From a virus, in the IMG/VR virus record IMGVR_UViG_3300012346_000166, positions 1 through 35,554 of that record: DNA of 35,554 bases, one strand, 5' to 3'. The notes below the pieces were generated by a model that saw only the letters and a program-made list of their open reading frames with translations, was not told the origin of the DNA and made no database searches. The position numbers were made by a program, and so were the translations under genes. Of the stretch, positions 1 to 8,378 are shown one piece after another (the first letter of the stretch is position 1; the number at the start of each line of letters is the position of its first letter).

Positions 1-55
1 AACTGTTTACCGTATGTTTGTTCTTTTACTTCGCCACTTTGTTCTAGGTTATGCT
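1..55. repeat. 55-nt sequence identical to the window end (35500..35554); circular-assembly overlap or terminal redundancy
   Basis: Direct comparison: nt 1-55 equal nt 35500-35554 base for base. Confidence 0.95.
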
Positions 56-818
56 CAAATATAAATGAATCATAAGCACCGAACTCATTAAGCCATTGAA
101 GCGTATTAGGTGAATAACAATAATCATTTAAGAAATAGATAGTCAGCATTTCACTACCCTCTACCGTTACAGTATAGTATGAAGCGTTTGTTAAAGTTAT
201 ACCTGCACTTGTTAGTAAATCGGTATTTAAATTGATTTGACTAATTAAAAATGACTGTGTTTCAGCGTAGAAATCTATTAAAGTGCCAGACGAATCGAAT
301 ACGTTTATTAATAACTCATTCGGTATTCCATCCGTAATAATGTTTAGGTAAAAATCTTGCTCAAACATTTGATAAATACGCTCATTTCTTGGTACGTTTG
401 TAAGATACTTTAAACCAACGTATGAACTACTTGTGTAACTCTTCCACGCTTTGTCGCTTAAACACGCTTTAAATACGTTAATCGGTGTACTTGATGCGTT
501 CGCCTGGTCTATTGGTGTTGTACCGTAGTTCTCAATTACCTTGATGTACACTTCATTTGAGTAGTTACCTTCACTATACAATGTAGTAGAACGTGTTGGA
601 ACTTGTATAAAGTCTTTAACAACACTCGAAGCGTCATAATGCGCACGTGTTGAACGCTCTAAAAATACGGTATCTTCTGCTACTTGAACACCATCTACAA
701 ACGTTTGTACTTTGTATGTAAAGTTAGCATTTGCCGTTTGATTAGAACTGAATACAAATGTAAGTGGATTGTCAGAAGGCGACCAATCTTGTGGGGTTGA
801 AATGAATGTTACTGCCAT
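1..818 (-). CDS. N-terminal part of a 372-aa junction-spanning tail-module protein (possible distal-tail-like); continues at 35499..35199
   Basis: ATG at 818..816 overlaps the stop (811..809) of the upstream gene. I read every codon from 818 down to 3 and found no stop. The frame is continuous through the 55-nt overlap with ORF 35199..35384. Confidence 0.8.
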   Translation of the reverse strand, partial: MAVTFISTPQDWSPSDNPLTFVFSSNQTANANFTYKVQTFVDGVQVAEDTVFLERSTRAHYDASSVVKDFIQVPTRSTTLYSEGNYSNEVYIKVIENYGTTPIDQANASSTPINVFKACLSDKAWKSYTSSSYVGLKYLTNVPRNERIYQMFEQDFYLNIITDGIPNELLINVFDSSGTLIDFYAETQSFLISQINLNTDLLTSAGITLTNASYYTVTVEGSEMLTIYFLNDYCYSPNTLQWLNEFGAYDSFIFEHNLEQSGEVKEQTYGKQ

Positions 819-1408
819 GGGTCAACTATTACTACTGTCATTGCTTTTTTAAATAATTTCTCTATTGGTTTACGAAGATAGTTAACTAACTTATCATTCA
901 CAACATCGGTGTAGAACGGTCTTGGTTTCTGTCCGTTCTTTGCTACCATGTACATAAGTCCTTTGTCTAGTTGGTCGTAACTACTAAACATTGGTTTGCC
1001 TGAATCGTTGGTAAATGAATTTAAGTTAATACCTACATTCATACGCCACGCACCTATTGACTCTTTAAACTCTTCACGTGTTGCTCCTGTCTTACCCCAA
1101 TTAGGTGCGCCATGATTAACTGCAAAACCATTTACACCATAGTTAACATACTTCCAATATAAAGGGGCGTATATTCCTATTGTAACAACATCACCACTAA
1201 CCTCTACTTTAGTTGGTCTAATTGACTGCCTTAAGTTATTACTTGCTCTGATATTATAGCTATCCATCGAATCGGTTAGCTGTTTTGTAACATCATTTGC
1301 AAGCGTAGTTAGTAACTGTCCAAGCGGTGAATTAGGTTGCCCTTCTACAACCGCTTTAGACGTTCCTAGATTCAAGGCGTTTAATATGTCAACTTCACTT
1401 GCCATCAC
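809..1408 (-). CDS. HK97 gp10-like head-tail joining / tail completion protein
   Basis: 199-aa ORF. Motifs RQSIRP..V..GIYAPLYWKYVNYG and ..KPRPFYTD resemble the gp10 family. It sits among tail genes. Confidence 0.5.
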   Translation of the reverse strand: MMASEVDILNALNLGTSKAVVEGQPNSPLGQLLTTLANDVTKQLTDSMDSYNIRASNNLRQSIRPTKVEVSGDVVTIGIYAPLYWKYVNYGVNGFAVNHGAPNWGKTGATREEFKESIGAWRMNVGINLNSFTNDSGKPMFSSYDQLDKGLMYMVAKNGQKPRPFYTDVVNDKLVNYLRKPIEKLFKKAMTVVIVDPWQ

Positions 1409-1430
1409 TATAATATAACAAAATCAAACG

Positions 1431-2152
1431 TTAACGACCCTTTTTACTAGCAATCTCTTTTTTGCGTTTATGAACTAAGTATTTACACTTATGATTAAAA
1501 GCAAAGATATTCATTCTAGTTACCTCATGCCATGTCATGTTAAATTCCTTGCTTACATCGTCTATTACTTCTTCCCATTGAAAGGGTTTAACTTTCTCGC
1601 TTGGGTTATTAGTATCTCCTTTTCCGTGTATCGCTTCGTTGATGTTACGAAGCGTTGCAAAAAAAAATTGGACGCTTCTAAAAATGTTGATAGTGGTAAA
1701 TGATTTTCAAATTCTTTGTAGCGGTCTTTAATAGGGTTTATTAAATTATCATAAGCATCTACTTCACCATAGATTGCACCTTTTGGATAGTACATCAAAC
1801 AAGCCATTCTTACGGGGTCGCTTTCAATATCACCATTCGACCAATCAATATGCCAACCTACACCTATCTTTTCAGGGTTTACTAGTTCATACGTTTTGCC
1901 GTTCAAAGTAATTTCTTTCGGTGGGTGTTTTACAACAGGCATTGAAGCGTATAATGTAGCAATGTGATTCGATAAGTTTGTAATATCTTTCACGTCAATA
2001 CTCATTAACTTAGCTTTCTTGATTCCTGTAAAGTCTGCTATAAACTCAACCATTAAATTCAAGTCCATTTGACCGAAATACTTATCCGTTTGAATAGGCT
2101 TTAAATGCTTAATGCGTAAATCTTTATACGTCTTTGGTAGTTTAATTTCCAT
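1431..2152 (-). CDS. Predicted -1 frameshift fusion product (about 240 aa) of the chaperone-like gene
   Basis: The -1 frame is open from 1706 to the TAA at 1433..1431. It fills the otherwise empty gap before the next gene. A slippery run and hairpin are present. Confidence 0.45.
1565..2152 (-). CDS. Tail assembly chaperone-like protein, 0-frame product (195 aa)
   Basis: 195-aa ORF. ITLNGKTYELV is a motif typical of siphovirus chaperones. The ORF contains a U9 slippery run near its 3' end. Confidence 0.45.
   Translation of the reverse strand: MEIKLPKTYKDLRIKHLKPIQTDKYFGQMDLNLMVEFIADFTGIKKAKLMSIDVKDITNLSNHIATLYASMPVVKHPPKEITLNGKTYELVNPEKIGVGWHIDWSNGDIESDPVRMACLMYYPKGAIYGEVDAYDNLINPIKDRYKEFENHLPLSTFLEASNFFLQRFVTSTKRYTEKEILITQARKLNPFNGKK
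1632..1667 (-). promoter_or_regulatory. -1 ribosomal frameshift signal: U9 run (1667..1659), spacer, 8-bp hairpin (1654..1632)
   Basis: The mRNA reads AAU UUU UUU UUG CAA, then CGCUUCGU-AACAUCA-ACGAAGCG. All 8 stem pairs were verified. Confidence 0.5.
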
Positions 2153-2762
2153 ATCTGTCTTGAATTGCTTTTATTTTAATTGCTCTTTCTTTTTGATTCG
2201 CTTGTTTACCTAGACTTTTTTGCTCTGAATGTCTACGGTATAAATATAATGTTGAAGGGCAATAACCAAGTTTAGCACCTTTTGAAAGTAAGTGCATATT
2301 TAGATCGTATTCTTCAGCGCACGTCAACGATTCATCAAACCAAACATTGAAACGTTCAAACACATCTCGTCTATACATAAGCGAACCACCATGAATTATA
2401 TTTTGATGCTTCATTTGTTTTAAGTCAGGAAATGGAACACGTGGCACATAAATATTACGTACACCATTCTCAAAGAAATTAATTGCTTTACCATGAACGA
2501 AATCGAAACCCTGTATCGCTTCAACTGAGTCAGCAAGTGAATTAGGCGTTAACATATCATCATCGCATAAGTACTTTACAAATTCACCTGTTGCAGTTTT
2601 AATACCTTCATTCAAATTATATGAAACCGATTTATCTGACTTACTTAAAATGATTTCAATATCACCACCAAAGTTTTGATTCTTTATTGATTCTATTGCT
2701 TGGTTTAAATAACCCCTATCTTTTGAATATGGAATAATTACGCTTACTTTGGTTCGTAACAT
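2142..2762 (-). CDS. Family 2 (GT-A) glycosyltransferase
   Basis: N-terminus VSVIIPYSKDRGYLNQAIESIKNQ and a DDD motif (CDDDM) are typical of GT2. Confidence 0.75.
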   Translation of the reverse strand: MLRTKVSVIIPYSKDRGYLNQAIESIKNQNFGGDIEIILSKSDKSVSYNLNEGIKTATGEFVKYLCDDDMLTPNSLADSVEAIQGFDFVHGKAINFFENGVRNIYVPRVPFPDLKQMKHQNIIHGGSLMYRRDVFERFNVWFDESLTCAEEYDLNMHLLSKGAKLGYCPSTLYLYRRHSEQKSLGKQANQKERAIKIKAIQDRYGN

Positions 2763-3280
2763 AACAAAAATACTTTAGGGGTTAACTCTTCTTTATGTGT
2801 ACAATTCCAATCACTAAACGCCTTATCAAAGTGTTCGTGTTCTAGTTTGAAAGTATGGTATTGGTCAACTTCAATGCCTATACCTGTTAGAATGATAATG
2901 TTTTTTCGTGCAATACGTTTCATATTCTCACACGCCTTATCAAAATTTCTACAATTATCTAGTACTGCAAATGCGCAAACGGTGTCGAAATCAAATTCAA
3001 AATTAGTATAATCTTCAATCGCTACTTTAATAGCATCTTCATGTATAGGAAAAGCGTCAATACCGAAATATTCAACTCCCTCATCCAAACAAGATTTAAG
3101 AAACATACTACCACAACCAACATCGAGTACTGAATTACCTACACCGCACTTTCTTAAATGCGTTCTGTAATCTCGAATAACGCTATCTAAGGCTCTATTA
3201 TCATCTGAATGACCTGCCGACTTTCTACGCTTGTTTAAATTCTTTGTAGCGTTTATCCATGTTTGTTTGTTTACTTTCAT
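2744..3280 (-). CDS. Class I SAM-dependent methyltransferase
   Basis: Motif I VLDVGCGSMFL followed by GIDAFP; 178 aa. Confidence 0.7.
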   Translation of the reverse strand: MKVNKQTWINATKNLNKRRKSAGHSDDNRALDSVIRDYRTHLRKCGVGNSVLDVGCGSMFLKSCLDEGVEYFGIDAFPIHEDAIKVAIEDYTNFEFDFDTVCAFAVLDNCRNFDKACENMKRIARKNIIILTGIGIEVDQYHTFKLEHEHFDKAFSDWNCTHKEELTPKVFLLCYEPK

Positions 3281-3411
3281 ATAGTATCGTATTTTAATCT
3301 AGTCATACAACCATATCTTTCAATACTTGATTTGATGACATACCGTTTAATACCTGTACGTTTAAACCATAGTTTTTTATACGCTTTCTTTTTCTTTCTC
3401 GGTATTCTCAT
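3277..3411 (-). CDS. Small very basic protein (44 aa, MRIPRKKKKAYKKLWFKR...)
   Basis: Below the ORF-track cutoff. ATGA overlaps at both ends (3411..3408 and 3280..3277). I read all codons and found no stop. Confidence 0.5.
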   Translation of the reverse strand: MRIPRKKKKAYKKLWFKRTGIKRYVIKSSIERYGCMTRLKYDTI

Positions 3412-4283
3412 TTCGTCAATTCTAAAATTTTATAACCTGTGCTTTCGATATTGTGATTAATATAAAAACCTGCTGGAGTTAATAACATATTTCTGTCCAC
3501 GTGTTTTAAGTCCTCTAAGATACGATAAAAACTTTCTTGGTCATTCGCTAAACTGAAATAACACGCACCGTAAACATCGTCATATACTTTCGGGTTTAAG
3601 TTTTGAGTAACTACATGACACCCTAAACCACTTGCTTCAAATGCTGTTACACCAAAACAACCATAAGGTTTGCCTTGTTGCATAGGCGCAAATAGTTCTA
3701 CGTAAACATGACATTCACTCATTCGTTTAAGTTGTTGGTCATGGCTTACTTTAGTGCGGTCTATTCGTATTTCAAAGTCATCTTTAAACTGATTTAAAAC
3801 GTATTCAATACCATCAGTACCTTTTACAAATGGATTGCTAGGATAATGACCGATTATTAGTTTCCCATCTTGGCGTTTAGGTTGGCTTATCAATGTGGTA
3901 TGTGGTGCAATGTAACTCATATTACCCAATTGAATAAACTCAGTTTGGTCAGTCAGTTGTTTATAGTCTTTGAATAACTCGTTATACATTTCATGGTTTT
4001 GCCTGTAACGTGTTCCTGAATGATAGATAACAATTCGTTTCGGCTTACCCTCTAATACGTGTTTTAAAAGTCTTTCATCACTATGAAATATCTGAACACA
4101 ATCATAACCGCCTACAATATGTTTTATGTCATGCGGTCTAATTGGAAGTGATTGTGTTGCATAGTTGAACACGTGTTTGTTAATAGAATAGTCTTTACAA
4201 TGCACGCCAATTGAACGTAACGCATTTGCATTTTCGTGACTCATGTTTGCAAAATCATCAACGGCTAAATTCAGATACCTCAT
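3408..4283 (-). CDS. GT-B fold (GT1/GT4-like) glycosyltransferase
   Basis: GCFGVTAFEASGLGCHVVT resembles the EX7E region of GT4 enzymes. I prefer the ATG at 4283 (ATGA overlap with the HNH stop) over the track start at 4325. Confidence 0.55.
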   Translation of the reverse strand: MRYLNLAVDDFANMSHENANALRSIGVHCKDYSINKHVFNYATQSLPIRPHDIKHIVGGYDCVQIFHSDERLLKHVLEGKPKRIVIYHSGTRYRQNHEMYNELFKDYKQLTDQTEFIQLGNMSYIAPHTTLISQPKRQDGKLIIGHYPSNPFVKGTDGIEYVLNQFKDDFEIRIDRTKVSHDQQLKRMSECHVYVELFAPMQQGKPYGCFGVTAFEASGLGCHVVTQNLNPKVYDDVYGACYFSLANDQESFYRILEDLKHVDRNMLLTPAGFYINHNIESTGYKILELTK

Positions 4284-4777
4284 CTTGTAGCGTTTATATA
4301 TGAAAATGGAGCTAGTGTAGGACAATTAAATATTCCTAGTTGTATTTTCTTACCTGCCATTCTGCAACACGCTCTAAATCGTCCGCTTGGTAATTTTGTA
4401 ACTCCTGTTGGTAATGTTGATTTTTTCTTTTTATCCTTAACAAGATTGTGTCTTGTGGTTATAATTTGTAAATTCTCAACTCTATTGTCAGTTGATATGT
4501 TGTTAATGTGGTCTATAATTAAACCTGAAGATTTATCATAACCTAAAAATGATTCAGCTACTAATTGATGAACGCTTCTATGTTTTATTATACCATCTTT
4601 ACATAGGATAACTCTAGGATATCTACCTCTTCCTTTTGAACTAATCTCTTTACCACTATGTGAACGAATAGAACCGTTTGCGCTTTCCCAAACTCTAGGT
4701 AAACTTATCACGTTACCAATATTTGATACCTTGTAAATACCTTCATATCCTACAACGTCTTTCCAAATTTCTTCCAT
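4280..4777 (-). CDS. Free-standing HNH homing endonuclease (NUMOD4-like N-terminus, HNH_3, AP2-like DNA-binding tail)
   Basis: EIWKDVVGYEGIYKVSNIGNV; DHINNISTDNRVENLQIITTRHN; GVTKLPSGRFRACCRMAGKKIQLGIF. Confidence 0.8.
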   Translation of the reverse strand: MEEIWKDVVGYEGIYKVSNIGNVISLPRVWESANGSIRSHSGKEISSKGRGRYPRVILCKDGIIKHRSVHQLVAESFLGYDKSSGLIIDHINNISTDNRVENLQIITTRHNLVKDKKKKSTLPTGVTKLPSGRFRACCRMAGKKIQLGIFNCPTLAPFSYINATR

Positions 4778-4822
4778 AAAATAAAGTTAAGTAAAACTTA
4801 TAAATATCGCATACCAAATAAA

Positions 4823-4830
4823 CAAAGATA
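4823..4830 (-). promoter_or_regulatory. Bacteroidota-type -7 box TATCTTTG upstream of the HNH gene
   Basis: Plus strand caaagata; lies in the 83-nt gap between terL and HNH. Confidence 0.4.
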
Positions 4831-4860
4831 TTAATAAAAGTAATATGTAAACAAGTAACC

Positions 4861-6024
4861 TCATGATGCGAAGTATTTACCTGTGTATTTCTTAGTTGTG
4901 GTAAAGAAGTATCTAATACCATCAATCGAGTGATTAAACGCATCAATCGGTTTATTAAGCGTTTGACCTGCTTTGTCTTTAGCCCACGTATAAGAACGTA
5001 ATTCTTTGATAAGATTTGTACTTCGCTTGGTTACATTAAACGGTTTCTCCTGCATTCTTTGTATTCCATACATAACAGAATCTGCTCCCTTTTCCGCACC
5101 TGTAATCTTGATGCCCGCGTTCTTTAATTCCTGAATTGATTTTGGTTCTGCTGAATCAGCATAGATATATTCACTAGTAACTCCCACTTCTTTACATAGC
5201 TTTGCAATATCTTGGTTTGTTAGTCCTGTTCGATATATCAATTCATCAAAGTAGTATTCATTATCTAGTTCATAGATTGCAGTTAATGTTGTAGGGTCGT
5301 TTGTATATCCAAAGTCCATACCGTAACCGAGTAGTTTTGCATTTGATGGAATACCATCGACTTGTTTCCAATTGTTAAACACAACCCCATCAAGGTTACC
5401 AATCAACCCAAGCCCATAAACGTTATACCAATTACGCCAAAAGTCTGAGTTTTCAGCTTTCTCTTTTGCTTTAAGAATAAAGTTCAATGCTGATTCTGGA
5501 CAGGCTTCATTATCTTGGTAGTTGATTATGAGAAAGTCCACATCGTTATCATTCATCAACTCAGTATGAAACCAAAATTCATTCGTTGGATTCCAATCGA
5601 GTATAACGCTTTGTTTTGTTCTTGATGCTAATTCAGTATAAGCGTGAAATGTCATGTTGTTAGCTTCATTCATATAAAGCCTATCACGCCTTGCACCTCT
5701 TAATTTTGAATCATTGTCTGCACTAAAAAATTCAATGTACGATCCGTTTGCAAAAGTATATTTAAAATCCGTAGCATTCCATCTTGAATCAACCCAACGA
5801 TTTGTTTCTTTCATTATCTTCTTAAAGTCCTTCATTGCACCACGCTTTAAATGCGGTACTGATTCAGCTACAATTGAAGTTTCTGTAAGTGGATGCCTTG
5901 TACAATAATCAATTTCGATAGGTAGGATGCCAAATGTTTTTCCTGCACTTGTTCCACCTTGAACGCCTTTGATAAATCTCTTTAAGGCTCGAATTTTTTT
6001 TATTGCGGTTGTGTACTTAAACAT
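4861..6024 (-). CDS. terL: Terminase large subunit (PBSX/Terminase_3-like)
   Basis: Walker A GGTSAGKTFG, LDWNP, a C-terminal nuclease-like region, and position directly after terS (TAATG overlap). Confidence 0.85.
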   Translation of the reverse strand: MFKYTTAIKKIRALKRFIKGVQGGTSAGKTFGILPIEIDYCTRHPLTETSIVAESVPHLKRGAMKDFKKIMKETNRWVDSRWNATDFKYTFANGSYIEFFSADNDSKLRGARRDRLYMNEANNMTFHAYTELASRTKQSVILDWNPTNEFWFHTELMNDNDVDFLIINYQDNEACPESALNFILKAKEKAENSDFWRNWYNVYGLGLIGNLDGVVFNNWKQVDGIPSNAKLLGYGMDFGYTNDPTTLTAIYELDNEYYFDELIYRTGLTNQDIAKLCKEVGVTSEYIYADSAEPKSIQELKNAGIKITGAEKGADSVMYGIQRMQEKPFNVTKRSTNLIKELRSYTWAKDKAGQTLNKPIDAFNHSIDGIRYFFTTTKKYTGKYFAS

Positions 6025-6437
6025 TAATCTTCGCTACCAAATAACGGTTGTTCTATTATAGTTGTTTCTGTTTGTTCTTTTAAGTTGTTTAATCGCTGTG
6101 TAATACTTGGATTGTATTGACCAACTAAACCGCCTTCGATTTGGTCTTGACGAATGATTCTTCTTATACGTGAACAGATAGTAATATAATCGTCATATCG
6201 TTTATCTTGATTATCGAAATACTGATTCACACAACAAATATTATCCTCACAATAGTTTTGGAATCCTTCAAGTGTTAAAGGTCGTTCTAGTTCTTGCCGT
6301 GCATCCATTCCATCCTTACCAACAAATACATGATTCGTTCTAGGTGTAGACTTTACTTCTTTTCTATACGCTTCGAATAACTCAAATAGTTTCTCAGGCG
6401 TTTCTATGTATTTATGCTTTGCCATGATACTCTTCAA
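6024..6437 (-). CDS. terS: Terminase small subunit
   Basis: 137 aa directly upstream of terL. PLTLEGFQNYC and the helical N-terminus are typical of small terminases. Confidence 0.55.
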   Translation of the reverse strand: MKSIMAKHKYIETPEKLFELFEAYRKEVKSTPRTNHVFVGKDGMDARQELERPLTLEGFQNYCEDNICCVNQYFDNQDKRYDDYITICSRIRRIIRQDQIEGGLVGQYNPSITQRLNNLKEQTETTIIEQPLFGSED

Positions 6438-6807
6438 TTAATTCAATCAATTTCTTTTCACCTGCTTTGTGGTGGTATTTAATACCGTAACTATCACAAG
6501 TGTTTTTTAACTCAGTCAATCTATCTTGTGTAACTGTAACCACCTCAATATTCGGCTTACTTACTTCTGTTGCTTCGTGCTTTTCTTCGTGAAACATCAC
6601 AAAATTATACAGAATATTTACAGCGTTATTAATACAACTTGAACAACCTTTACTAACTCCGATTGCTTTACCTGTTGATAGCTTTGTAATTTCACGGTGA
6701 ACTAAATCCAAATGCAGAAATTCCTTTTCGTCAATATCAATAGCTTTACGCATTACTTTAGGTCGAATCACATTCAATGAATCGTTTGCTTCTTTACTTA
6801 TTTTCAT
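6412..6807 (-). CDS. Hypothetical protein with a C-terminal HeH/Rho-N-like motif
   Basis: 131-aa ORF; LTELKNTCDSYGIKYHHKAGEKKLIELI. Confidence 0.5.
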   Translation of the reverse strand: MKISKEANDSLNVIRPKVMRKAIDIDEKEFLHLDLVHREITKLSTGKAIGVSKGCSSCINNAVNILYNFVMFHEEKHEATEVSKPNIEVVTVTQDRLTELKNTCDSYGIKYHHKAGEKKLIELIEEYHGKA

Positions 6808-7055
6808 TTTCTCAATCTATCAATTAATACTGCAATCAAATACACTCCAATACTTGCAAGTGGCGACCAAGTTAAACCAAGTGTTATCCAAAATGATACA
6901 CAAGGGTAACAATCAATAAGTTTAACATATTTAGTCATACTCATTTTAAACAACCTTCTAGTCAAATAAGGTAAGTTTAATTCTTGGTGCAAAATGTAAG
7001 ATACAAACCAACCAATTAAAACAAGCTGGTAGTATTCATGTATTAAGTATTTCAT
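6804..7055 (-). CDS. Small membrane protein
   Basis: 83 aa, 2-3 hydrophobic helices, ATGA overlap at 6807..6804. Confidence 0.6.
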   Translation of the reverse strand: MKYLIHEYYQLVLIGWFVSYILHQELNLPYLTRRLFKMSMTKYVKLIDCYPCVSFWITLGLTWSPLASIGVYLIAVLIDRLRK

Positions 7056-7482
7056 ATCGTTTACGTATTTCGTTATTAATCTGTTTACAAATCGGTGAAA
7101 TCGTTTGACATACCGACTTTTTTAATCGTTTAGCTACCTTTGTTTTATTGCTTACTAAAATAGCTTCTTTGTATATTCCAACTTCATAGCCTAGCCCATC
7201 AATCTCTAATTCTAAAAATATCTTATGCAACAAATTAGCATCGTATTTTATTGATTCGTCTTCTATTGTATCGGTTAAATCAAAATTCAATGGTGAATAA
7301 TCAGGTCGAAAGTTTTTGTTGAAACTAGATCGTTTTGAATAATATTGTAATTTCATAGCGTTTACAAAATAACCTGCATTAATTTCTAAATCAATATCAG
7401 GCATCAGTAAAAAAGTATGGTGAACTAAGTCATTGCCTAATTCACCTGCTATACTTTTCGCTATCAAATAGAATTTATCCAT
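7036..7482 (-). CDS. Putative ECF-like sigma factor (region 2 and region 4 like)
   Basis: GNDLVHHTFLLM...YFVNAMKLQYYSKRSSF resembles region 2. The C-terminal helix-turn-helix resembles region 4. This is a weak assignment made by eye. Confidence 0.3.
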   Translation of the reverse strand: MDKFYLIAKSIAGELGNDLVHHTFLLMPDIDLEINAGYFVNAMKLQYYSKRSSFNKNFRPDYSPLNFDLTDTIEDESIKYDANLLHKIFLELEIDGLGYEVGIYKEAILVSNKTKVAKRLKKSVCQTISPICKQINNEIRKRYEILNT

Positions 7483-7487
7483 TGAAG

Positions 7488-7495
7488 CAAATATA
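7488..7495 (-). promoter_or_regulatory. -7 box TATATTTG within CTTATATTTGCTTCAATG, 5 nt before the ATG (possible leaderless mRNA)
   Basis: Plus strand caaatata. The 16-mer matches the element at 10949..10964 at 15 of 16 positions. Confidence 0.4.
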
Positions 7496-7502
7496 AGAAA
7501 AA

Positions 7503-7676
7503 TTAATTATCATACGGATAAGTTTTGCTTTTATATCTTCTTTCAATATCATTAGCTATATATGATTCATAGCCAATTTGAGGATAAGAACAAAATTTAT
7601 AGTATGAAGATTTACCTTTGTATTCCACTTTAAAACAAGGCTCGCTATCTTTTGTTTTTACGTTCGTTATATTCAT
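7503..7676 (-). CDS. Small hypothetical protein (57 aa)
   Basis: Below the track cutoff. The ATG overlaps the upstream TGA (ATGA at 7676..7673). Codons were read through to the TAA at 7505..7503. Confidence 0.5.
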   Translation of the reverse strand: MNITNVKTKDSEPCFKVEYKGKSSYYKFCSYPQIGYESYIANDIERRYKSKTYPYDN

Positions 7677-7945
7677 CTATCAATATCGTTTAACATCTGT
7701 TCATAAACTAACCGCTTTTCCCATCCGATAGTTGAATCCTTAGCAAAGTCATTATTCACAGTATCCGCAACAATCGGACATTCATATTCTACAACTTTAG
7801 GCACTTGTTTTTTCGGTTCTTCGCATTGTTTAAAATAGATAGTCATAACTATTAAACCAACTACAACCAAATAGAATCCAAATTTAATTGCATCTAAAAA
7901 CGTTGTTAAGTACCATTGTTTGTCGTGTTCGTTTCTGTTGTTCAT
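7673..7945 (-). CDS. Single-pass membrane protein
   Basis: 90 aa; hydrophobic segment FGFYLVVVGLIVMTIYF. Confidence 0.6.
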   Translation of the reverse strand: MNNRNEHDKQWYLTTFLDAIKFGFYLVVVGLIVMTIYFKQCEEPKKQVPKVVEYECPIVADTVNNDFAKDSTIGWEKRLVYEQMLNDIDR

Positions 7946-7947
7946 AA

Positions 7948-8184
7948 TTACCAGTTTTTACCGTTAAACCAATTTTTATTACTTGGTAGTTCGCCTAATC
8001 TTCCTAAACGTGTTTTAGTGTCTTGAAGGTCTATGATTTCAACTACTATTCCTATAATTGGAATAAACCATGTCCAAGTACTTATTGTTACAACTTGTCG
8101 CCATAATTTGTAGTTAATCATATTAATGTAACGTGCTATAAACACATTGACTACGTAAGCTAAAATAATAATTGCTAGTGTCAT
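7948..8184 (-). CDS. Small two-TM membrane protein, paralog of 8616..8807
   Basis: MTLAIIILAYVVNVFIARYIN...WFIPIIGIV aligns with MTTVIIIALYFLNIHISRYYN...WFIPILGFV. Confidence 0.65.
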   Translation of the reverse strand: MTLAIIILAYVVNVFIARYINMINYKLWRQVVTISTWTWFIPIIGIVVEIIDLQDTKTRLGRLGELPSNKNWFNGKNW

Positions 8185-8378
8185 AATCTGTAGTTATCAA
8201 TAAAATTAGTAATTCTTTCAATCGTTTTCAATTCCAAATCTTTATTGAAATTATCATCATACACATACTTTCGAACCTTTGAATTTTGCGAGTAATTAAC
8301 CTCTTTACAAATTGCTGAAATAGTTAATCCTGTACGTTCTACAAAGTCCTTAACTTTTATTTGAAATGCTTGTTTCAT
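8181..8378 (-). CDS. Small helix-turn-helix DNA-binding protein
   Basis: 65 aa; VKDFVERTGLTISAICKEVNYSQNSKVRKY looks like an HTH. Confidence 0.5.
   Translation of the reverse strand: MKQAFQIKVKDFVERTGLTISAICKEVNYSQNSKVRKYVYDDNFNKDLELKTIERITNFIDNYRL

Noticed and set aside
1-55. The 55-nt terminal identity as a biological direct terminal repeat
   Set aside because: It is not excluded. But an overlap of exactly 55 nt that falls in the middle of an open reading frame is most simply an assembler k-mer overlap on a circular contig. The physical genome ends cannot be inferred from this sequence alone.
1431-1538. Independent 35-aa ORF starting at ATG 1538 (MTWHEVTRMNIF...) in the gap after gene 1565..2152
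   Set aside because: The same frame stays open a further 56 codons upstream into the preceding gene and connects to the U9/hairpin frameshift signal. I therefore interpret it as the end of the -1 extension rather than a separate gene.
4743-4946. Minus-strand ORF 4743..4946 spanning the terL/HNH gap
   Set aside because: It overlaps the terL 3' end out of frame and runs across the promoter-containing gap. Its sequence is low-complexity.
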